NCBI GenBank assembly: GCA_028023455.1 | Contig: JAQFVV010000005.1 | Location: 12,028,001-12,092,000, forward strand | Reading direction: 5' to 3' | Source: Epiperipatus broadwayi | Lineage: Eukaryota > Animalia > Onychophora | DNA length: 64,000 bases | Part shown: positions 38,290-47,849 of the stretch, in pieces | How positions within the stretch are numbered: position 1 is the stretch's first letter | How the letters are laid out: each line of letters begins with the position of its first letter | Translations under genes and position numbers: made by a program | Notes under the pieces: generated by a model | Database searches by the model: none | Told to the model about the DNA's origin: nothing | The model's input: the letters and a program-made list of their open reading frames with translations, nothing else

Positions 38290-38560
38290 TAAGTATATAT
38301 TTGATTTGATGCCGTACAAACATAATCTAACGTGACTATAACAGTATATTATTTAGGGATAACTTAAGCAGCATACTCTAAGTTCAAGGTTGAAACTTCA
38401 TTTGATCTCCCATGTAGCCATCCATTTATTTATTCAATGTAGTTCGGAATCAGGTCTGGAACAAACAATTTTTTCACTTGAGGAAGCCATAAAAACTGCG
38501 GCTGTTGAAATTTATTTAGAAATGTCTCATTGGGCAAGTTTGCCAAATGAATTTTTTTTT
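38290..38560 (-). pseudogene. Non-LTR RT relic
   Basis: Minus strand reads TAAVFMASSSEKIVCSR...INKWMATWEIK and VTLD, resembling the ADDTA...LQ..L..I..W...W.IK.N...LGVTLD segment of Jockey/CR1-type RTs. Confidence 0.4.
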
Positions 38561-39287
38561 TTCAAGAGCGTTAAGAATTTTTCCTCAAGTAATTGATCAA
38601 TTATTTACTAACTATCTAACGTTGTTCACTAAATAGGAATATAAATATCCTTAGTTTAGAGGGTAAAATAACACAATCGTTTAAAATGTACAGTTGGCAA
38701 GCATGGTAAAATAGTTCTCATTTATCATTAGTATATGAGAAAAGAGATCTTTGCTGAAAATGAGCTAGTATTTACTGAAGACTATTTTTTTTCTTATTTA
38801 AAATAGTCTACTGAAGAAAGCAATGAATATTACGAGTGTACGTATATAGAATAGAAAGAAAATCTTTAAAAAATCACACATATAAAAAAAAATGCAGAAA
38901 AGTAAAATATATTTTAGAAAAATAAATTATTTTTTGAATTTTAGTTATAGTTTCACAGTTTCTTTATAATTTCTTATTTAAATATAGCCTTTTCTTTAGA
39001 AATTATTGCAAAATCACTTATTTGATCTTGGGATGTTGTTCATAATTTTTTTTTTTTTTAATTTTAGAAAAATTGTCTTTGGTTGCTGCTATACTTATAT
39101 GTAAATGGTTATATATTTTTTTGGACCACAACAACAACATCACATGATTACCATTTCTTATGCTTGCTCAAGCTGTTAAAACAGGCAAAACGCCATACAA
39201 TAGTGCCACTCACTGCAAGCCAGACTAATCAATAGATGCAAGAATGTTTGTGCATAAAATCCCTATCCAGTGCCTACACATCCAATA

Positions 39288-39329
39288 TCTCCAGACTAGT
39301 TTTTAGCTTGTGGCTTTCATCAGTGAGGA
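39288..39329 (-). ncRNA. Minimal type I hammerhead ribozyme, probably inactivated (G12A)
   Basis: Minus strand TCCTCA-CTGATGA-AAGCCACAAGCTA-AAAAC-TA-GTC-TGGAGA; GAAA is mutated to AAAA. Confidence 0.7.
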
Positions 39330-39724
39330 GCCTTGGATCTGAGAGCATAGCACACAAATCTTAGGATCTAATGTAATCCTCCAGCAGTCACCTTTTATCT
39401 CTACTTAACTACAAAACTATGAGTCTAAAAGTGAAAACATAATATTTTCAATCCAAGCTCATTATCTTATATGGTCATAAAGGCCTGAACTAAGTTCAGT
39501 ATCCAAATATTTTGGTGTTTAATAATCATAGTCACCACTATCCTATTAGGCAGGATTGGTATTAAACCACTAAATATCACATGATCACATTTATTATGCT
39601 TTTACTCAAGCTGTTAAAACAGGCAAAACTCCATACAATAGTGCCACTCAGTGCAGCCAGAGTAATCAATGGATGCAAGAAGGTTTGTACATAAAATCCC
39701 TATCTAGTGCCTACTCATCCAATA

Positions 39725-39766
39725 TTCCCAGACTAGTTTCTAGCTTGTGACTTTCATCAGTGAGGA
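39725..39766 (-). ncRNA. Minimal type I hammerhead ribozyme
   Basis: Minus strand TCCTCA-CTGATGA-AAGTCACAAGCTA-GAAAC-TA-GTC-TGGGAA; core intact. Confidence 0.8.
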
Positions 39767-40146
39767 AACTATTCTGGGGATATTGGATGAGTAGGCACTA
39801 GATAAAGATTTTATGCACAAACTTTCTTGCATCCACTGATTACTCTGGCTTGCACTGAATGGCACTATTATATGGAGGGTTGTGCCTGTTTCAACAGCTT
39901 GAGCAAGCATAAGAAATGGTGATCATGTGTTTAGTAATCCTGCTATGGTTATTAAATAACCAAAGACACTAAAATCTATGTGTAATGAACTGAGTTCAGA
40001 CTTATATGATTATATAAGCTTATGAGCTTTGATTAAAAATATTATTTCAGTTTTAGACTCATAGTTTTGTAGTTGAGATAAAAGGTGGCTGCTGGATGGT
40101 TGCATTAGATCCTAAGATCTAGGTGCAGTGCTCTCAGATCCAAGGT

Positions 40147-40188
40147 ACCTCACTGATGAAAACCACGAGCTAGAAACTATTCTGAAGA
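40147..40188 (+). ncRNA. Minimal type I hammerhead ribozyme, partly degenerate
   Basis: ACCTCA-CTGATGA-AAACCACGAGCTA-GAAAC-TA-TTC-TGAAGA. Helix II and the helix III palindrome each carry a mutation. Confidence 0.7.
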
Positions 40189-40519
40189 TATTGGATGAGT
40201 AGGCACTAGATAGGCATTTTATGCTCAAACTTTCTTGCATCCATTGATTACTCTGGCTTGCACTAAGTGGCACTACTGTATGGAGAGTTTTGCCTGTTTT
40301 TACTGCAACAACAATTTTCAAATGAGACAAAACAATGTATGAAGGTGGAAAATAAGGAATGTAAATTTTTTTCTTTCAATTTATTAAGAATTGAGGATCT
40401 GGATATTCTGTAAAAGGTTATGAAAAAGAGATAATAATGAGAAAATATAACCAAGTTGAGAGGAAAGCTATAGAAGAGAATAAGTCTCAAAAGTTTCAAA
40501 TAACATTTTGATATTGGAA

Positions 40520-41950
40520 TAAAAGTACTTTCAGCAATAATAAAGATGAGGACAGTATTAGGAAGAGATTTTATAATAATAAATCACATGAAAACAAAGG
40601 AACCTCTATAATTACATCTTCCGAATTGCCAAGCATTTTAACTGAAGAAGTAAGGCTTGTAATTAAATCTATAAAAAAAGGAAAATTCAAAAAATAATGG
40701 GATAATTATTGGTATCATAAAATGAGCAGGTGAAAAAATCTTGACAATACTATATATCAAATGTCCAAATGATCAATATATGCCAGATAAATGGAAGAAT
40801 GCAGTAGTAATATTGACATTAAAAAAAGACATTAAAGATGATATCAAAAATTACTGAACTACCAGTTTTTATTCAGAATAAGCTGGACTTAAAAGTAATT
40901 TTACTTTAGTGATTTAAATTCAAATATTGAGCTTACTTATAGAAATGATCAATGACTAAGAATTGCTATTATGCTTTCATTTTTTAGGTTATAAAGAGGC
41001 ATTTTCACTATTTAAAGCTTATCATATTCTGATAAATGTGTATTAAATTGCAACAGCAATGATTGTATTATTATTGTGACATTAATATTAATATGATTAA
41101 GAGTAAATGTAAGAATGATTCAATATTTTCAAAATTTTTTACAAGAGTTTTACAATAAATATTTTGTGGATTAAAAGGGAAAACTAATGAAATGAAAATA
41201 AACCGATATTATTTAAGTTGTGTAGCATTTACAAATAATGTGTTTGTTTTTGCAAATAATGCTTAAAACCTCAAAAAATATGCAAGTTATCAGATGAAAA
41301 TAAGTTTAAAGACAAATGCTAAAAAAAATAATATTCAATAGATTTTTTCAAAAGAAGAAAATAAAGATTGATATTCACAAATTAAAAATAAGTTAACAAT
41401 TACAAATATCTTGATTAGATTTTTAACACAAGTGTAAACATACCGGGTAAAATTAATCATAAAATTAAACATTGTTGGAGTGTTTTTAGTAGAAATAACA
41501 ATAGTAAACATCAAAGTACCAAAATGTGACTATATTTCAAAAGAAAAGTTGTTTAAATAGTTTTTTTAACAGTTCTTATGTATGAAGACTTAACAGAAAA
41601 GCAATATAAAAATTTCAGATCATGCAACAAAATGAGATATGCATTTTGGGAATAATAGAGAGACATTGAAAATAAAATGTGTGTGAGAGATCAAGCAGAT
41701 ATTACTGACATTAAAAAAATTAAAATACTGAAATTGAATTAGGTTAAATATATTATTAGAAAAAATAATAGATGAGTAGTTGAAGTTGTCAACTGAATCC
41801 CAAAAGATTGCAAAGGATCTAGAAAAAGACTATATGTGATATGAATGGATAAAATAAAAGTTTTCTGATGTCTTGTATAATACAGAGTCTATATAGATCA
41901 AAGAAATGAAATGTGGAGAGCATTTTGGATTAATACTGATTGAAAATGGT
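40520..41950 (+). pseudogene. RTE-clade LINE ORF2 relic
   Basis: Broken frames give ILTEEVRLVIKSIKKGK, WKNAVVIL..KKD..DDIKNY, YKEAF, YKYL, VLMYE and a LKLN..KYII tail, in RTE order. Heavily decayed. Confidence 0.6.
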
Positions 41951-42234
41951 GATCATTACAAATCTTATTCTCTAAAGAATAACTTAATTATTAAGTTTTC
42001 TTTTTACTTATCAATAAGCTAATTAAAAAAATCAATTTATTTTCACATATCTATTTGTAGATATCCTGAAAAGAATTACTTGTTCAAACAAAATTATTTT
42101 AGGCATCATAAGTATATTTTTATTTTAAATCTTTTAAATATGAAAAAAAAAATTCTATTTAAATTTTATTTTATCTGCATAGTTTTATATAATTGCATTA
42201 AAAAATTTATTCCAAAGATACAATAGAAAAAGAT

Positions 42235-42560
42235 CAAGCCCCTTATATAGTTTATAAAATGGCATGCCCTCAATTAGGCTGCCAGGCATCTTACTACGGT
42301 GAGACTTGGGCTAACCTTAATACAAGAATTTACCATCACAGGTATGCATACAACAGGGTTAAAAATAAAAATGAAGGAACATCAGTATTCTGGAACCACC
42401 AAGCAGCTACAGGCCAGTATTCGAACCAGTTCTGCCCAAATCATTTGTAGAGAGAAGAGTGATGCCAAAAGAAAAGTTAAAGAAGCATTTTACATAGCAA
42501 ATGATCTCAGTGCCATTAATAGAAGAGGCATGCTTTGCTCTCTCCAAACAATGGACTAAC
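42235..42560 (+). pseudogene. Penelope-like element GIY-YIG endonuclease fragment
   Basis: Merging frames gives (P)YIVYKMACPQLGCQASYYGETWANLNTRIYHHRYAYNR...WNHQAATG...QIICREKSDAKRKVKEAFYI...INRR. This has the GIY and YIG motifs, the Cys/His residues and the catalytic R/E/N positions of PLE endonucleases. Confidence 0.88.
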
Positions 42561-42624
42561 TAATTAAAAATTCAAACTCATTTGCATATGTGTACAATAA
42601 ATCACAACAATCTTCATTCACAAA

Positions 42625-42669
42625 GCTATGAGTATGAGATTTGAACATTAAATCTCGAAAGCGCTAAGC
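42625..42669 (+). ncRNA. Variant minimal type I hammerhead ribozyme (A3-U8 core) at a PLE 3' end
   Basis: GCT-ATGAGTA-T-GAGATTT-GAACATT-AAATCTC-GAA-AGCGCT-A-AGC: 7-bp helix II, palindromic helix III, CUA cleavage triplet, 3-bp helix I. Confidence 0.72.
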
Positions 42670-43656
42670 AGACCTATTACACATTATAGTATAATTATAG
42701 CTTCACTAACGAAAAAAGTCGCATATTTATAATAATATTAACAATTGAAATAAGTCACATTTTTAATGGATTGTAAAATTAAAAAAAGCCAAATAGATAA
42801 TTAACACTTATTTTTTATTGTTGTTGCATTATTTCTAGTCCAAGCATTTTTGAAATCTTTTTTGTTTACATTTTGTTAGCATCTTGTTTATTAGATTATT
42901 AAATAGGAAAATTAAAGAGTGAATGAAATATTTGTTCTAAAATTTTAACAATTTTTGATTGAGAGAAGTGAAGGTGTGATACTTTTGTTATTTAAAAACT
43001 TCTTAAATCTTTTTTTATATATATATTATTTGGGCATTTTTTTTTGCTACTAATTTTAGTAAAAATTATTTTTCAATGTTTTATTTTTGTACTATCCAAA
43101 ATTTCAACATCTACAGTCGATGCTTCTTTGCTTCATTAGATGGTGCCCTTCTATAAAATTTAGACATAAGAATGAATCGTGTTAAGAAGATAACAATAAT
43201 CACAAATTAAAACTAGTGATGATCAAGTGTTAATTTTGGTAATAGGAAATGATTGCTTTGTTCCATTAACTATTATTTTGTAATAGAAATTTAACATGCA
43301 TATATATTTATTTCAACACATGTATAAATTGTATAAATAAATAAAAATATATAAGGTAGTAAAAACTAAAGTAATAAAACTGTTTTCACATATAAGTGCT
43401 TCAACTACCATATATAAGAATACAGCATTTATCTTTACTGAAATTTGAACTACTTTTTTGATCTGTACCAAATCTACTCATAATGAACATTCATTTTAAT
43501 AACTATTAAGATACCAAAAAATCAAATTGATTTAAAATGAAGTTGCCAGAAATATATAAAAAAAAAATATTTTGAACAGTAATCAATTAATATATACATG
43601 TGCTCTGCGCACAGATAATGAAGCTATTAAACGTAAGTAAAATTATCAAAAGTTAC

Positions 43657-43700
43657 CGCCAAGTGCTTTCGGATCAGTTTATAGTCCCATATTCATGGTG
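43657..43700 (-). ncRNA. Variant minimal type I hammerhead ribozyme (A3-U8 core) at a PLE 3' end
   Basis: Minus strand CACC-ATGAATA-T-GGGACTATAAACTGATCC-GAA-AGCACT-T-GGCG. It has the same layout as 42625-42669 but is more degenerate. Confidence 0.62.
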
Positions 43701-43738
43701 ACTTGTATTTGATTAAGACCTGTAATATTAATGCAAAT

Positions 43739-44000
43739 TCATATGAAGATGCTACATAGACCATTTTCAAGACAGAGAAAAGCAGGCCTCTCTTCTATTG
43801 ATTGCTTACAATGTAGTAAGCTTCCCCGATTTTGCGTGAAAATTAAATTGCCTTCAAGCTTTGTTTTAGTTCTGTTATAGAGGTATCTATGTTGAGCTAC
43901 TCTGGTGGCAATGTTAGCAATTTCTGTGGGGGCAGGTGATTTTGTACACAACATGAGGGGTGAGTTCGGGTTTGATTATTGCTTAGATCGGAAAATGTTT
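43739..44000 (-). pseudogene. Second Penelope-like GIY-YIG endonuclease fragment
   Basis: Minus strand PHVVYKITCPHRNC, then a deletion of the YIG motif, then NIATRVAQHRYLYNRTKTKLEG and NRREACFSLS, homologous to 42235-42560. Confidence 0.8.
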
Positions 44001-44572
44001 CAAAAATTTGGTGTATTGACATCTACAGATTATGATTTTTTAGCATTAGCAGAAAAATTTTGTCTCTTCTTGACTAAAATATAATATTTCAATTTATTCA
44101 AAGGGATATTTTGGTTGAAATTATTTTTTCTGAGCAAAACAAATATAGATTTTCCCTGTCCCCCATGTTGAAATCTTGAAAAACTTTTTTTAATTTAACA
44201 CTGTAGATTTTATTACCTTTAAAAAAAACATTATGCATGAATATTTCTTGAAAATCAATAATAACTGATGGATAAATCTATAATTATAATAATATACGTC
44301 TTTCTGAAGAAATGCTATTTGCATGATCATGATCTCCAGAAATTGAAGTCAACATCAAATAATAAAAGAGTCTCATTAATATCTCTTTAAAAACTTTATC
44401 ATGCAAAGAAAATATTTAATAAATTTCATTTAGTATTATTTAAATTGATACAAGCCAAAAAGAGCTGAATATGAAAACATTTTATTTATTACTGTATAAA
44501 AAAAACATTAAAAAAAAAAAATCTCTTATAGTAGTGTTATGATTTTAGAGACAGATGAAAAATCATAAAGCA

Positions 44573-44892
44573 AAGCTCACAATCATAATCAGTTTTAACC
44601 ACTATCAATACACTGGAAAGAACCATCAAAACATCATGTGATCATCATTTTATATGCTTACACAAACTTATAGTTAAACAAACAGCTAAAAGGTGGCTAC
44701 TGGAGGATTGCATTAGATCCTAAGGTCTAGGTGCAGTGCTTTCACATCCACAACTCCTCACTGATGAAAGCCACAAGCTAGAAACTAGTCTGGGGATATT
44801 AGATGAGTAGGTATTAGATAGAAATTTCTTGCATCTATTGATTATGAAGACTTGCACTTGGTGGCACTACTGCATCGAGAGTTAGCCATTGT
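44573..44892. mobile_element. Retrozyme-like hammerhead repeat, cluster II
   Basis: Degenerate minus-sense piece (~44573-44660) followed by a plus-sense unit (~44690-44892) homologous to clusters I and III. Confidence 0.8.
44755..44796 (+). ncRNA. Minimal type I hammerhead ribozyme, family consensus
   Basis: TCCTCA-CTGATGA-AAGCCACAAGCTA-GAAAC-TA-GTC-TGGGGA. Helix I is fully paired (one G.U) and helix III is the ACTAGT palindrome. Predicted cleavage is after C44790. Confidence 0.85.
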
Positions 44893-44899
44893 TACATCG

Positions 44900-45450
44900 G
44901 AAAGAATGAAAAGTTCCAAGTTTAATCCAATTTCTTTCATCCTTAGGCTTTCTTCTCTTCATCCTATTGACAAACTTTCTATTTTATTCATACATCTCAA
45001 ATGTGGTCTCTAGTCTTTTACAATTTCTAGGGATTCAATTGTCCAACTATTATCTTTTCTAGCAATATGTCTAACCTAATTCCATTTCATTTTTTCATTG
45101 ATGTCAATGTTATCTGTTTTCTCACCCATAAATTTGACTTTTTCTCACCTTTTGTCATGCCATACTTCATTTAATGGTCTGAAGTCTCTGTTTTTCTTAT
45201 CAGTTAAGTATTCAAGTCTCATATACATATATAAAAAGTGGTAAACACATCAATTAAGAAACTTTTTTTCAAATACATAGAAATATTTTATTTTAATACT
45301 ATTTCTAACAAAAACATCATATCCTAGTTTAATTTTATGATTAATTTTATTCATTATGTTTCCATTTGTATTAATAATTTGGGCAATGTATTTTTAATTG
45401 TTAACTTCAATCTTTATTATCATCTGAAATAATAATCACATGTGATTATG
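44900..45450 (-). pseudogene. RTE-clade LINE 3' relic
   Basis: Minus strand KMKWN*VRHIARKDNSWT, homologous to the RTE tail at 59617-59835. Confidence 0.5.
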
Positions 45451-45924
45451 TAAAAATTCCAATATACATATTTGTAAACAAAAAAAATCCAAATCTATTC
45501 AATTTCTAATTTGACTTAAAACTTTGGTATATTTTTATGCCAGATAACAACATACAATATTTATAATTAATACTGTTACAAAATGTCTAATTTGAACTGA
45601 AAAACATGTTTATCCCTGCATTCTAAAAACAGCAACTATAACTAACTCAAATTAATTGAAACAGAGTTGAGAGGGAGAAGGTAATAATAGCAAATAACAA
45701 ATAAGATGAAAAAACAAAGAAAATAATTTTAAAATCTAAAAAAGAGCATGTACAATCTATACAAATCAATGCAAATTCTATTTCGATCACCATTTTTATG
45801 CTTGCTCAAGCTGTTAAAACAGGCAAAACTCTCCATACAGTAATGTCACTCACTGCAAACCAGAGTACCCAATAGATGCCAGAAGGTTTGTGCATAAAAT
45901 CTCTATCTAGTGCCACTCATCCAA

Positions 45925-45966
45925 TATCCAGACTAGTTTCTAGCTTGTGGCTTTCATCAGTGAGGA
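45925..45966 (-). ncRNA. Minimal type I hammerhead ribozyme
   Basis: Minus strand TCCTCA-CTGATGA-AAGCCACAAGCTA-GAAAC-TA-GTC-TGGATA. The core is intact and helix I is shortened by a 2-nt deletion. Confidence 0.78.
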
Positions 45967-46169
45967 TCCTTGGATCTGAAAGCACTGCAAAATGTATGGG
46001 TACTGAACTAAGTTCAGACCTATATGACTATATAAGTTAATGAGCTTGGATTGAAAATATGTTTTCAATTTTAGACTCATGGTTTTGTAGTTACGTAGAG
46101 ATAAAAGGTGGTTGCTGGAGAGTTGCATTAAATCCTAAGATCTAGGCGCAGTGCTCTCAGATCCAAGGC

Positions 46170-46211
46170 TCTTCACTGATGAAAGCTACAAGCTAGAAAC
46201 TAGTCTGGGGA
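46170..46211 (+). ncRNA. Minimal type I hammerhead ribozyme
   Basis: TCTTCA-CTGATGA-AAGCTACAAGCTA-GAAAC-TA-GTC-TGGGGA. Helix I is fully paired with two G.U. Predicted cleavage is after C46205. Confidence 0.85.
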
Positions 46212-47849
46212 TATTGGATGAGTAGGCACTAGATGGGGATTTTATGCACAAGCCTTCTGGCATCCATTGATTACTCTGGCTTGCACTGAGTGGTATGAAG
46301 AGTTTTGCCTGTTTGAATAATCAATAGATGTCATTTGGTAATGTTTATTAAATTCATATTCCCAGTCTTGCTTATGGCTTTCATCAATTATTAGCTAATG
46401 AAAAATATTAAGTAAGCTGTGGGTCATAATGTGTTATTGATTTCACATATATTATTGTCTAATAGTGCTAATAAAAAAGACAAAAAAATGGAGAAAAAAA
46501 TGAGATTACTTTATTTACACTCACACAAAGAGTCATTACATATTAAAAGCAAGAAAAAAATGATACAATTTTATATACATACTTATTAAGCATTTATTAA
46601 CAATGTTTTAAAAATGAGAACAAACAACATTTACACATGTTGCAAAATTTATTCTGTCATTTTATTCAGATATTAATAATAAAAAAAAGAACATTACAAT
46701 ATATCTTATACAGTTTGATTTCAGTCACTAGCTGACTAAAAATAGCCAAAATGATAGGAGAACTCAAATCAGCTAATGAGCAATATATAATAGCAAGAAT
46801 TATTTTTATTTGGTATATCACACAGTAATGATTTAAAATACAATTAAATAATATTTCTTTCCTTAGACATTCAGTCTATGCATTTATAATACATTAACCT
46901 GCCTAATTTCTTCATGCTAAGAGTTCATTAAGTTACTAAAACTTTTTAACCCCAATTCTCTATATTAATTAAATTAATTATTGATTTTCATCTATAATAA
47001 TAATTAAGGAGGACTAAAACTCATTTTGAGTAACATGCAGCATAGTTTTATTTTTCATAAAGCTAGTTTACTTAACACAAACACTTAGGATAAATTATTT
47101 ATTCTTCACAACACTAAACTTCAGAGCCTAAGTAATTTTCTACCTGATAGTCAAACTTTTAAAAAAAACTATCATTAAATCCAAATATGGTATATAAACT
47201 TCACTAAATTATGGAAAGTATAAAAAATAATAAACACTACAAATTTATCATTATAACTTAGGCCTTTAAGCATCACAAATTTTCATTTATCTTATATCTA
47301 AACAATTGGATTATTTCTTGCATATTAATAAATTTCTTTTACTTCTCTATAACTATCTGGGTAAATATATATCATTAACTGAAAACATAAATAAATAATA
47401 CTTAGTACATTATTTCTAAAGTCTTAAAAATTATTGTGTATGCTGTTATTATTTGTATTTAATATTTTTTAAAGAGTAATAAAAATTTTAAACAATTGTT
47501 ATTTGACTATTAATGTCCATTTGTTTTTAATTTCATAGCTGTTATTTTTTTTTGTGATTATTTATTCAGTAAACTAACATAGATGGGCTGCATTGTTTAC
47601 CATCATGCATATGCCATCAATGAAAATTTAATGATTTTTTCTATGATTTTAAAAATAAAAAATACAATCATATTACTTTTCTGATGAGTAATAATTTTTA
47701 TCTAATAGATCAGTTAGGCTTTGTGAAGGCTGGGAAAGTGTACGTAGATGCTTATTTTTATTTATGTTTGTAATCGTGAAAGACAAAATAAATTATGGCT
47801 TTCATATCCCAAAGATTCTGAAACTGTAGTCAACATTATTGGAAGCATA

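Larger units (their letters stand above)
39139..40301. mobile_element. Retrozyme-like hammerhead repeat, cluster I (about 1.5 minus-sense units joined head-to-head to 1.3 plus-sense units)
   Basis: Unit period is 437 on the minus side (CAGTGAGGA at 39321 and 39758) and 408 on the plus side (ATTCTG at 39771 and 40179). The strand switches at ~39766. Non-coding; every unit has a hammerhead motif. Confidence 0.85.
45785..46314. mobile_element. Retrozyme-like hammerhead repeat, cluster III (divergent inverted pair)
   Basis: Minus-sense piece 45785-45989 is joined to a plus-sense piece 45990-46314. Each contains a hammerhead. Confidence 0.85.

Noticed and set aside
47715-47830. Possible HDV-like ribozyme at the 5' end of the RTE relic
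   Set aside because: I could not build the nested double pseudoknot by eye.
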